Shown: positions 25,865 to 46,785 of the stretch, one piece after another
How positions within the stretch are numbered: the stretch's first letter is position 1
Layout: every line of letters starts with the position of its first letter
Assembly: GCA_012295275.1 (NCBI GenBank)
Contig: CM022673.1
Span: 1,612,001-1,676,000 of the forward strand
Length of the DNA stretch: 64,000 nt
Direction: 5' to 3'
Origin: Chrysomallon squamiferum
Lineage: Eukaryota > Animalia > Mollusca
Notes under the pieces: model-generated
Database searches by the model: none
The model's input: the letters and a program-made list of their open reading frames with translations, nothing else
Told to the model about the DNA's origin: nothing
Translations under genes and position numbers: made by a program

Positions 25865-28800
25865 ATAAATAATTTAACTTCACTGCATGATTAAGTGTAC
25901 TTCTTTGTTTGGTATAAAATAAAATTATTAGAAAAGGTGTCGTGAAAAAAAGGGTTAAGAACCAATGATTTATATAAAGCTAATAACATGAGTGATAGAT
26001 TACAGAATCAATTCTTTCTGATGCATTCACCAAGTCATACTCCCATTTCAACCAACTGCTGTTAGACACAGATTACTATAAGTCAATTTTCTCATCATAA
26101 AAGTATGCAAATAAGATTTCTTGCTGCTAACTCTAGTAAAAGTCATCCACACAGTCATATCACTGCAGTAGATCTTTTTCACATTCTCATTAACAGAGAA
26201 AAGTAGTTAAGCAAACAAACGTTAATTATAATCTATTAAGTAAAAAAAAAGTCTTCTTTCATAATAAGGATATTTATAAACAATTCAATTTCATTATTAC
26301 TGTTAAAATTAAAAATAGGTTTAGCAGTAATTAAATACATTTTTACCTTTATTTTCCTCAGTAGATACACATACATATTATTTTTCAATCAGGATATTCA
26401 TAAAGAACTGGAAGAAAAAATAGCCAAGTTTCATGGCCGAGAGGATGCAATATTGTATGCCAGCTGTTTTGATGCTAATGCAGGAATATTTGAAGTTCTT
26501 CTTTCACCAGAAGATGCAGCCATGTCTGATGAACTGAACCATGCATCCATCATTGATGGTCTTCGACTCTGCAAGGCCCAAAAGCACAGATATAAACACA
26601 GTGACATGAATAGTAGGTTCTTTATAGTTTTACTTTATAGCATACAAGATAGATGTAAGTTTCTTTTTAGGATGTTAGTGTCAAATATTTGCATTTCTCA
26701 TTTTAATTACATCAACGATGAATAAACATATTTGTAATTCTGAGATAAAATGTAATGTCCTTTTTTGGTAGTCAAGGTCATCAGTGTGAATGGCTTATAC
26801 TTCAGATTTTAATTAATAATTATTAATTCATAAAGATATTTTGCTTAAGAAATGAGAGATTCATTTTGATCTGCATACTGTTTTTGAGAATTTGTATGTA
26901 GTATGATAAGGAAATTTTATAATTATTACTTTTTTAAAATAGTTTATAAATATATACAGAAACATAAAAAGGTTTTGTAAATAAATAAAAAAATTAATGT
27001 GTTCAGTATTAATAATGATTGAAATTAGTGCAAAAATCAACATAATAAAATAACTGTTAAACTTGAATCTTCCTCTGCAAGTTTTCATTGTTCAGATTTG
27101 GAGACAATACTCAGTGAAACACAGAATCTGAGACAAAGACTCATCATCACAGATGGTGTTTTCAGCATGGATGGCAACGTTGCTAAACTCAAGTAAGCTT
27201 CTTTTTGTTTGGAGTTAAGTGCATTAACTAATCATTGAGGCATGTACTACATTTCAGGTGGTTTTAAAAAGCGTCACTTATTGTTTTTTTTAAAAATATT
27301 ATTCACCACCTTGGTCACTGAAATAATTCTTATAAGAAAGACAATGAAAGATCAGAAAATATTGTTGAAGAAGCCTTCGCTTTGTTTTAAAAATACCAGA
27401 TCTGCATTATTATTTTCAAAAAGTAAATATATACAGAAAATGTAATTTCTATATGTGTGTCTAATTATCATAGCTATTGCTATTATTATTATCGTTATCA
27501 TCATTGTTTTTACTTCCAGAGATATTTGTAAGCTGGCAGATAAATACAAAGCAATGGTGTTCATTGATGAATGCCATGCTACTGGTTTCTTTGGACAAAC
27601 AGGCAGGTATGTCGTCCTTTTTAGAAAAAAATAAATACAAAAAATCTCTTTTTTGTTGAATTTAAAAAAAAAAAAAGAAGACTGAATCCTTTATTTTCTG
27701 TACGCAGATTTTAAGTCCCATGTTTAGCTCTCACTTTCCAAGGTGAAACTCTTTGAAGTACCTTGCTACTGTACATAAATAAAACTGTAAATCAGATGCA
27801 TATCTTATAATTCAGTTTCTTAATTTTTTAATTATATTTTGTTATTGCAGCTGAAAGGTATTTGGCTTGCATCTATATTCATTACTTCATAATTTACAGG
27901 GGCACAGAGGAACATCATGGGTTAGAAGGAAAAATAGACATAATTAACTCAACTTTGGGAAAAGCTCTGGGAGGAGCAGCAGGTACAGTTTTGTTTTACA
28001 TTTAAAATAATCTCAACTTTTTTATTAGTTTTTTTTAAATAAATACTTGTGTGTTTAAATATCCTTAATGTAAAAAATCACCAATAATGTGACAGAGAAA
28101 ATGAATTAAATACATTGTAAAATTTGAAATTGTCTGAATTTTGCAATTATATCTTATATCTATAACTGTCAATCTGTCTATCTATTATATTATTATTATT
28201 GTTGTTGTTTTTTTTTTTGTTTTTTTTTAAATTATTAACATTCAAAGAATGTTCCAAAAATTATTGTAACTATGAAGTTTATATTTAAGATCTCATATTT
28301 GTTAATATTTATATTAATTGTGGTTACTGTGTGAATGTAATATTTTTAAGTTTATTTATTGATTCACACATACATGTATGGTAAATACACTATGAGAAAA
28401 ATATATCTAACAGCTGAGGTTACTAGAATATTTGGCTTAAATGTTCAGAATTATAAACATTTATATGTGCAATAAATAATATGAGATATAATTTCAAATT
28501 TTTCAAACTTCTAACAGGTGGATACACTGCAGGTCCCAAGCAGTTGATTGATCTTTTGCGTCAGAGGTCACGACCCTATTTGTTTTCCAACACACTTCCT
28601 CCTCCTGTTGTTGCATGTGCAAGCAAGGTAAATAATTATCATCAAATTGTGCCAGAACTTATAAAGATACTTAACGATAAATAACATTGATCTCACAAGA
28701 AAATGTATTACCGTCAAACAGTCCAGATCATATTTGCAAGGTAACTATGGAATTAACACACTGAAATAATATTCAAAACATTTTTTTTTTTTTTAGTTTT

Positions 28801-30275
28801 GTTAATTCAGGATATTGGAATAAAAACTAAACAAACAATACCATAAAAGGCTCATCTGAGGTGGAGCAGGAATGTTGGCATTAACCTCTTTGATGTTACA
28901 ACTAATCTTTTTCTCAGTCAAAAGAGTGGATGACAACCCACAGATTTGAAATTCATTCTTTGTTCATGCTGTGCAAAGTTGTGTGGTAAACAAAATCCAT
29001 TGCTGGTAATATTATCTCAGAGCCTGACAATTATCTTATGACAGAATTGCAGGACTGACACTGAATAACCATTATGTAAAAAGGCGTAGAGATGTTATGA
29101 GATAAACATGTGGGTGTAAAAAGATATTTGCTTTTAAGTAATCTGTGTCATGATTTTTAATTAATATGTCAAGCATCTTTTCTTTGAGTCTGTAACCTAC
29201 CTTGTTGTGTGCACTTGGCTGAGAACATGAGGATTAATTCAGGGACAGTTCGTACGTAATTAAAAGAATCTTTGACTTTTCTTATCCTAAAATTTGTTCT
29301 TGTATTTTATTTCAGGCACTTGATTTAATCATGAGCAGTCCTGATTTACCAAAACGAGTCCTGACAAACACAAAAAGATTTAGAACTAGGATGGTAGATG
29401 CTGGTTTTACCATCTCAGTAAGTTTTTTCTCTTTTTTTTGACAATATAAATAATTAACATACTAATATGGGTACATTATTAACAGAAAGAAAAAATACAT
29501 ATATAAATAATATTGATCAGTTTTTCTTTTATTTCCACAGGGAGACCCAGAACATCCAATTTGTCCAGTCATGCTTGGTGATGCTCGACTTGCTAACACA
29601 TTTGCTGATGAAATGCTGGGTAAGATGGGAAATATTTTTAGTTTTTAAGTAAAATATGTTGAGATTTTAATTTATTGTATATAAGCTTGCAAAAATAATG
29701 GTAAGCAAACATGCATTTATTAAATTTTATTTTGAAGATAACAAATGTTCAATAAGAGAAAATATTTGTCTTTCAGAACGTGGAATTTATGTAATTGGGT
29801 TCAGCTTTCCAGTGGTTCCGAAAGGTAAATTTTAAACTGAATATTATAGAAATATGTGACACTCAGGCAATGTTACTAATTTTACTCCTGTCTAAATTAC
29901 ATTATATTATTACATATTGATGATATTATAATAATGGATATATTTATTCGGGACATTAAAGGTCAGTCAGCATTCATATTAATTTTATGTATTCAAATAT
30001 TAACTTTAAGGAAAAAAAGGATTTCTCTAGTTTTATATCAAAATAAAAGTGTACGATTCTTTTTAATTTTTAAATAGACCATTCATCTGTAAATAATTTT
30101 ATTAGCAGTAAAATCAGTTTATATTTATATTAGAGTACTGATAAAGTTTCTCCTTTCTGTTGCAGGCAAGGCAAGGATAAGAGTTCAGATTTCAGCATCC
30201 CATTCTGACAAGGACATTGATCGAGCAGTTGATGCTTTCATTGAGATAGGAAGAAAACTCAAAGTTGTATCCTAA
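24070..30275 (+). CDS. GCAT: 2-amino-3-ketobutyrate CoA ligase (glycine C-acetyltransferase), mitochondrial; 12 exons, 427 aa
   Basis: Exons 24070-24109, 24840-25057, 25613-25702, 26393-26612, 27096-27192, 27520-27606, 27900-27982, 28518-28627, 29316-29417, 29541-29619, 29777-29824, 30166-30275. Motifs [47 protein letters not shown], the PLP-lysine motif STLGKALGG and [10 protein letters not shown]. The basic N-terminus fits a transit peptide. Confidence 0.96.
25761..25967. mobile_element. Degenerate hAT-Charlie-like MITE with an internal (TC)n(TG)n microsatellite
   Basis: Imperfect TIRs CAGTGATTCTTATC and GTTAAGAACCAATG (11/14 match), with 8-bp flanks ttttaaat and atttatat resembling a decayed hAT target-site duplication. 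Confidence 0.55.
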
Positions 30276-33200
30276 AATTATTGTAACATTCACAAGTTAA
30301 TCAAAATTACATAAACACTGAAGAATGGAGTTAATGAAAATAGATTATAAATGTGTATGTCACATGTCAGAAATTTTAAAAAGAAATTGCAATGTTTTTA
30401 TAAAAATGTTTAATATATATTGTAGTACTGCAAGACCAGTTGTAATGAATCAGAAAACATAACAGATTAATATATAAGTATTAGATGAACCAAAGTAACC
30501 ATTTCTCAGGATAGACTATAGTAATATAATTGACTGAAAAAAGATACAAGCATTATTTTGAGAGTAAGTGGTAGTTTTTAATTGGTATGTGGATTTGTAT
30601 TTTATTTCAGTCCAAGCTACTTAAATTTAGAAATGCCTGCCTTTATTTTTTTTTAAAGTATTAAAACACACATAGTCATTCCAATATCCTGTGATCATTG
30701 ATATTTGATGTTTCAGTTATCAGTTGTTTTCTATATTGTGCAAGTATTGGATAAAAGACTTGTAGTCACATTACGTAGCGATAACTGAATCAAATTTTGA
30801 AATACCAAAGTTTTATACTGAATTTTTTTATTTTGTTTTTTTCATTTTTATCTAACAAAATAGTATATTAAATTTGTAAACTATAACAAGAAGAAAAAAA
30901 AAAGAAAAATCAAACAAAAGACTTTAATATTGTTTAGACATCAGAATCTGACAACAGATAATTCTGAAAAAAGATATATTTATCAAATAGCTGTTAATCA
31001 TTCAATTTAGATTTCTAAATGTAGACAATATTTTACTGAATCTCAAACCATGATTAATTTATACATTCCATACTTTAAGATAGTTATGTTTTTTAAAAAA
31101 TGTATTTTTAGATACTAACTTTACAATGGTGTTGGTTTATCTGTAGATTTATTATTATCGTATTATTATGGAATCTCATGGGGCTTTTTGTGAGTTTATA
31201 TATATATTTTCATTGTTAAAACATCACATTTATGTTATTATTGTTTTCACAAGTTTTATATATTTTCCCCACTACTACTAAAACAGCAACATACCTAATA
31301 CTGTAATATAATGTTAAACATTTTTTTTTTATGAGTTTTGTATTTAAATCATTTGACAAATCAAAGCCTCTACTTAGTTAAATCATGTTAGCTTGCTCTG
31401 TTTTTGGGATCATTCTGGTTGCAGGGTTACTATCACAAACACTCATTCCAATTTATTTTACATTTATATATATACATACTAGTTTATATAATCATGCTTT
31501 ATATGTTTTTAACGAGTTTGCTTTGTGTTGCAGTGATAATATATGTATCAAAACTGTGTTTAAGAATTTTTGTGAGACAGGAATCTCAAAAACAGAATCT
31601 CTGTTTCTGTTTATTTGTTTTGGTTTTTAAATTAATTATTTTTTATTTGAGATTTGATCATGACACGTCTAAACTGAGTAATTAGTGATAATAAAATTTA
31701 CATTTACAAATGATGTATTCTGGTTTTGTTGTTTGTTACAGTATACATGTGATGGCATGAATAAATAAATAAATAAATTTACTTCCATGTTATTGTTTTA
31801 TGATACCAAACTTCGCCAATAATAATGAAAAAAAAAAAAATGAAAAAAAAAAAAAAATTAGATGCCACTTTTTTTGTCGGTCTCAGCATTTTAACAAATA
31901 ATTATAATAAAGAAAAATATATAACAATCCATATCCTCAGGCTTTGGGGAATTTTCCTTTATGTGTAATTTATTCCCATTATATAATCAATACTCAACAA
32001 TTTGTAAACCAAAGACTTTTTAGTGGGTTTCTTCTCAGATTTTTCTTACAAAACAAATATTTACACATTCAGGCTATGTTTATCTAATTTGGTTCTTACA
32101 ACTTATCAGTAATTTTTATTTCTAAAAACCCAAGACATCTGGATTGCCTTTTAGAAACAACATACCATTTTCTCTAAAATATGAATTGTAATTTCTCATA
32201 ATTTAATTACCATTCTTACAACATTTTCAAAAAAAACCTATAGTTTTTAACTTTAGGGATTGGAGGGATCAATAAAGAAATTTCAAACCTGTCTTCATAA
32301 ATATTATGAATGAAATTTTAATTAAAAAAACAACAAAAACCATAAAATTAATTAAGACATTTATAATAAGATAAAAAAAATACCCAAATGTATAATAAAT
32401 AATATACCATTTTAAAATTTGCCAATTTGAATCTACAAAGTTCTGTAAATAAGAATAGTGCAAATGCAACATATAAATTTAGAAATTATAAGATACAATT
32501 TTTCTTAATATCTATTAAAACATATGAAAACTATAGCTCTCCTTCAATCTTCCCTGATGAAAAAGTTATTGAATTGTATCTGAAAAAAGAACAAGGACAA
32601 AACCAGATTCAGTTTAAATAGTTCCAATATTAAAATGTTTTCATTCATTTAAAGTGCAAAAAGAATCTATCATGAAAAACTATATCAACAAATAATGTAG
32701 CTGCTGTCAGTATGTCAGATTTTTAATCTACTAATTCTATGGACTGAAACAATGTCACTGGATAGCTGCATTACATTAAAAATTTGGCTAAATGTAAACC
32801 TGATTTGACATTATTCAGTGGAGAAAGTCAACAATACATTTAAAAAAAAAAAATTATTGATTCTCTAAATTCCAATGGGTACTAGTAGGATTAATGTGTA
32901 ATAGTTAATGACAATATAACTTTCTTATTTTCACTCTTTAGTTTCAAATATCTTAATTATTAAACGTAAAAAAGAGTGCATATATTAATTTACCCATGCA
33001 CCATAATCATTTTTTCAAACTCATTAAATATTATATTTTTGCCACAAATTACTACTACAAACAAAACAAAATCATGCAGTGGTTGTAAAGAATAAAATCT
33101 ACAGGTACTGGAATGACAAAAAGTTTGGTTTGTATGATATTTAAAAACATATGAATACTAATTATGTATTTAATAAAGCTAATGGAAAAGAATGACTGCT

Positions 33201-34236
33201 ATAAATGATATGTTATAAAGTAACAGACATACAAATATATATACATATACATTGACAACTAATAATAATAAAAGTAAATGTAAAGAATATATTATCTCAG
33301 GTATATAATATAAATAATAAAGATGTCATCAAAATAAATGAAAACTAAGAAAAATATATATTATTAATAAACTAAAGGCAAAGAACACACTGTTAGACAT
33401 AACCACCTTTCAGAAACACCAGTGTCTGCAGCAATGCAGTATCCTGAATTCTAAATAAAACACAGATAATTTGAACATTGTAAAATACTTCTCACCGTAA
33501 TAGTACCATATACTTATTGATGTTTTATTAACAATTAAACTTTAAAATATCAACATAATGAATATTTTTGAAAACACGTTTTACCCAGTATATGATAATA
33601 ATTTTGAATGTAATTTTCAAGAAAAAAGAAGCAGTATTGTATTCATACTCTTCAGGAATAATGACAGAACGTAATATGCAATGATTAATTATAAAATGAC
33701 TTCTTCATTTTTAAATTATATTTTCTGCCTATAAAAATGTGTACAGATGGATTTCTAATGAAAATTACAAGTGTAGAGAGTATTAAGAAATTTCACAGAA
33801 TGAAAAATGAATTTAAAAAGTTTAAATTTTAATTTAAAAAAGAAACAGTAACAACTTTATGAAAAGCTGCTCTCATAATGACAAAATACATTAACAGTAA
33901 TAAATATAAATTCTTAGTCTGCTGATGGTTGATTTCATATCTTCTTTTTCTCTTTTTCTAATCAACTATTTTTGGATTTACTGGATGAAAAAAAAAAAAT
34001 TGAAACTTCAGTCTAAAGGTTTTAGGTTCCACCACTGATAGTTCTACATTTAGTTTTCTTTATTTTGGTTTCAAACAAATTTACAGTCTTCTAACAAGCA
34101 GATGAATTTCACAATGTTCTGAAACAAAAGTTTTACTGCTTATATCAAGATTTTTCACATCTTCTTTTTGTCACTAGATCTTTTTTGCTCAGAGAGACCA
34201 AAAATGTTTAATTCTTCTTCAATTATCTTGTTTGGT

Positions 34237-38599
<4,363 letters not shown>

Positions 38600-39747
38600 C
38601 GTCACTAAAATGTGTTTACCCTTGCTGTCAAATTTAGTCCCTGACTGTTCCACCTTCAATGTATTTTTCAGAGTTAATTATTCTAGGCTTACAGTCTAGC
38701 TATACGAAATTAGTACCTGTCTTAACTCATACCGCTCACCGATTTCCCCTTTTTAATTAATCAGACAAATCAGATATTAATAGACAGAGCTCTTTATAAG
38801 ATTTTTAAAATAGTATTTTTCAGAATAATTGATTCTAATAGAAAAACTGATATTTTAATGAAATATATTAATAAAATAAATTTCAATGACCCAGGTACGC
38901 ATCTTGTCGATTCATTAGAAAAATGGGTACGAATTTGTAAGATGCTATTGATTTCCACTGATGCTGTATCAACTTGTTACTCTACATTAACAGTTCACAT
39001 CCAGTAACAACAGGTACTGCTATTAAAGTGAGGTTTTGACTGTTTATTTTTGTGTGTCTGCTGATATTTTTGTCAAATAGAATAGTTAAATATATAATTA
39101 AAACTGTTTTTGGAGTATAGTGTCAAGCAAAAGAAACGCATTCATAATTTAACACAGTATAATGTATATCGCCTACTATCGGCATCATAAATTAATTCTT
39201 AAACTTTTCGGATTTATTTGCAGATATTTTACTTAGTACTTTGGTAAAGATAACATAAAACCTTCATATATATGGTAAAGCAGATTGTTAATTAACAATA
39301 TTTTAATTTTTAATTTGTTATTATTATTATTATTATTAAGTTTGTATGCGTACACTTTTTTATTTTTTATTTGATTTTTGAAAGTTAAAAAAGAAATTTT
39401 CGATTTTTAAAAAACTAAATTGTTAAAATTCTAACTAAGACAGAATAAAATCAGTTATATAATTATATTGTACATTTTATGAAATCTGTATCCTTCTATT
39501 ATTTTGAAAAATAATTTAAATTAGTATAAAATTAATTATTAAACAAATATTAAATCAAATAGTTTGTAATAACGCATGGCATTTGTGTTATTTCTTGTTC
39601 TGTTTTGAATATCATAGGAAATGCTTTATAAAAGTTTATATTTTGACCCTGTTTGTTGTAATAAACAACATCCATTCTTTGGCAGCAGAATTATGTTAAA
39701 TTATACAATTAAACCTTCTCTTTTTTTTCAGTTGTTTTTTAGTTATA

Positions 39748-39784
<37 letters not shown>

Positions 39785-39881
39785 GTTTTTTTTTCTTTCA
39801 TTTAGGGAAATTGATACATATGTCAATGTTTCTTGAATTATAAATGTATAAATGTTACACCAAGATTTCTTTATTAACAGA

Positions 39882-42633
<2,752 letters not shown>

Positions 42634-43653
42634 TTCTCACACATCTAGGCTGAGACTGAAAGTAACTCTCTTACAGTAACAGTCTGTGTTTTAAATGTGT
42701 AAAAAAATGTCTAAATACTCCATTAAAATGGCATTCAGAATAACTGCTCTTTTTATACAATGTAATTAAAAATAGTGTGAAAAAATACATCTTATATTAT
42801 TATCATAATGTAATTTATATGCTAAAATAATTTAGAGAAAAGATCAATTTTTAATATAAATTACAATGCACTTTCTATATATATAAAATATATATATATT
42901 AAAAATATTTATTTTTATCTATTATGTGTATTTAATGTGGTATCATTAATATATGCTCACTGTTTTAAACCATTGGCATATACTGTTATGTAATGAATAT
43001 AATGAACATACTGTTCACAATTCATTTTTCAGCTATTATTTTTCTACTTACTTGTTTTATTATGCTTTACTGCAACGTGAGTGAAATATTGTGTTCAATT
43101 ATGCATTCTCCACAGTGTTAAATTTATTTTTATTTTTTGAGGAGAAATAAAATATATCTTTATAAAATAGTAAAATGCTGTATAAAATAAACTGTCATCC
43201 TTTTATAAAAAATTATTTTTTAGGAAACAGATTCTTTCAAGGTCACAATTTACAGATATATGTTTCATAATTCAAAGTATGTATATAAAGAAAAACAACT
43301 GAATGTTGAATTTGGAATGTAAATATATTTTCAGTTTTTGAGAATATCTCTATTTGTATATTATTATTATTATTATCATTATTATTATTATTATTATTTA
43401 ATATATTTATTTATTTAGAACTAAATGCTTTCATTCAGAACACGTAAACCACATTTTATCTTTTGATCCAGATATCTTAAGTTATTTTTCTTAGATTCAA
43501 ATTTTAGAGTTCCTCTTTACCATATACTAAATATGTATATTATATGATCTTGGCTAAATCATTTATTGATATTTGTAACTCTAAATTTGTACTTCAATGA
43601 TGCTGGTCAAATTTTAAATATCTTAACATTGCAACATTTTAATGTTAGATCCT

Positions 43654-43684
<31 letters not shown>

Positions 43685-46442
43685 TTTTATTTATTTATTT
43701 ATGTGCCAGATAATCAATAGCGAGTTGCTTAATGTTTGTATTTTGTTCACAATTCTTTTAGAGCTTTTAGGCATCTTAAAAATGTAAAATTAGTGCTTTA
43801 TATATATCATATTAAATGGTCACAGGTTTTTAAAATCATTATTTAAAAACGATTTTAGCAGCTTCTTATGGGTTATATAGTGAAAAAGACATGTTGTTAT
43901 TGTATTCACACAAAATAATTTCATTGCTTTCTTTCACTGCAATTTTTAGTGCAACTGCAAGGCAGCTTTTTAATTTCTACTTAATATACATTTTAATATA
44001 CACCTATGTGTTAATGTAATTTATATTTGTGAACAATAATTATTTTAAAATACATCTTTTTTTTTTCTTTTTTTTTAAAGTTATAACATGTTGTATATAT
44101 TTTGTTTTGAATAAATACAAGTTAAAATTGGTAGTTTGTTTTATTATAAAAAATATATACATAGCTGTGTATATATATATAGCTATAGTTGGAAATAATG
44201 GTAAATGTATTAAAAAGGGCCAGAAGTTGTTTGACATAGATCAGTAATTAGAACCTTGTCTTTTTCCTATTCCAGTGTTTTGCTATGTATGCTTTCCTAT
44301 TTTTGACAAAATATATAAATACAAGATAACAGAATGACTAAAAGGTAAAAGAAAGCTCAACATTATACTTCTGTAAATGTTGATCTTGTCACGATCAAAG
44401 TTTTAGCTATTTCTTTTCGCAACATTTTGGGGGCTTTTTCTTTTTAACATGTTGAAATTTCATTTCCTTATTCATTTAAAACAATCCTGTAGTATTTTCT
44501 TTTATTTATGGGTGACAGTGTACAATTTTGTAAAATTGGTGGAATAATATTCAACAAGTCAAAAATGTGATAAAGAACATTTATTTCACAAACAAACCAT
44601 ATACACATCGGCACTCTCAGTGCAGCATTTTCATGAGGTAAATTAAATTCAGAAATGACAAAAATAAAAATAATAATAACCATTAAAACAAACATATTAA
44701 TCATGAAAACATCATTATCATCCACCAGTATAATGTTCCTTTACATTTTAGAAAAAATGCAGACACATGTGTGCATGTTTGTAAACTTTGAAGTATACTA
44801 AAACTAATATTAACTATAATATCTTATCATTCCTCTGTCTACTGTTATTAAATTTACCCATTGGACAATTATTTGCTTGTTTACATTTCAAAAATAAAAA
44901 CATGCAAATCCATCTAAAATTACATATGGCTATTCATCATTTATTTCGTTTATCACCAATAAATGTAATTACTAATTAAAAAAAAAAAAAATTAATATTA
45001 ACTTTATGATAACACAAGCAGAGGGTTTTTTAAAAAGCCTCAAAGCCTAAAGAAAGATCAATTTCTTTCATTAGTTAATATGTTGATTATAGAAATTCTT
45101 CTATCAAATATTTTTTTAAGTGATACAGTTAATGTGCAAAAACATTTAAGTTGTACCAACTCTTTATCACCTTCTGGTTCTTCAGAAGTCTTCACATGAA
45201 AATGAATTATTCTAATACTTTACAACTCAGAACATTTTTGTATTACTTTGAAATACCAAAAACTATATAATAATAATTAAAAAAATAAAGAAATAATAAA
45301 ACTGAAAACAGATTTCAAATCATAAATCAGCATTTTAAAATCATTATATTTAACCAAGATGAATGAAAGGAAAAACAAAAATAAACAGAATTTTCTTTAT
45401 CTTTCAGTCATGTAAACAAATTAAAACTTTTCATCAAACATTACAGGTTTTTTTTTTTGAGTTTTGGGAGGGTTTTTTTTTATATAAAATGATATATACA
45501 ACTAGTGAAAATAGTGCTACAATCTAAATTTCCTGTTAAACAAACTGTACAGTTTCTGAAGCCAATGCATTCCCATTCCAAAAACATACATTACACTAAA
45601 TAAACTTAAGAAACATAATCATTGTAATAAAATTAAACACAGATATTTAAAATTAATTTTCAAAACCTAACTGATGACATCCAATCTTTGTACAGCATTC
45701 AAAAAAATAAAAAAATAAAAAAAAGTAATAATAATAATAAAATAAATTAAAAAATCCCTCCATACTTCACTTTTCTTACACAGTAACAAATATTTTCTAA
45801 ATCATTACATCTGGCACATACTAAACATGTTCATTTATTCATAACTTAGCTTTTGGCATAATCAATTTTATATGATACTACAAAAATAGGGAGAGAAAAA
45901 AAAATGAAAATCATTTAAAACTTTTTTAATTACAGATTCAACACTTATAATTCATATTTATATTGCAAGAGGTTTCTTTCATTGGTGAAGAGGTTTTCAT
46001 ATTATTTCAGAGAACATTCTTAAGAAAAAACATCAGAAGTATTGCAAAACCTATAAATCTTTATTACAAATTCTCTACCTACAAATACCCTTTAGAGCTT
46101 TACATAATATTATTTTCAATTATTAAGTTATTTTTAACCTATGTAAAGTCTTTAATTTAACCTGAAAATTACTTTTATCACTGTGCATATCTTTTTAAAA
46201 TGGTCAACACACTATAAAACAGTCAACTGAATTTTTAGCTTATTTCCTAAATTTCAGAATATTTTAACTTTACCTTTACCATTTCAAAGAATATTTCCGG
46301 GGAAATCATTTAAAAACAAAGATTTCAAATTCAGAATCATAACAGTTTTGAGACTTTTGACCTGATTTTAATTATTGTAGTTATTTTTTTTTTTTAATGG
46401 CTGATACAATTTAATATATATATATATATGCAAAACAACAAC

Positions 46443-46475
<33 letters not shown>

Positions 46476-46624
46476 AATAACTGTACCATACCACATGATT
46501 TAATAATGAATTTCAGGAGATACCAGGAATTTCAAAATTAACTAATAAATTAAGATATTCTTTATGGATTCATTTTTGTTGTTATTGTGATATTTCAGGC
46601 ATCAGGAACTTTAATCTCCAACAT

Positions 46625-46785
46625 AAATACGAAGCAAGTGATTCACTATGCTGTAACAAATACAAACGTGAGGCACGTGATTTACAAAGCTGTAACTAAT
46701 ACAAATATGAAGCAAGTGTTTTACGAAGCTGTAATATAATACAAATACCAGGCAAGCCACTGCAAGTAATTCACATAGCTACAAC
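46625..46785. repeat. ~39-40 bp minisatellite, about 4 diverged copies
   Basis: aaatac(g/a)aagcaagtgatt(c/t)ac(t/a)a(t/a)gctgtaac-type unit repeated. Confidence 0.8.
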
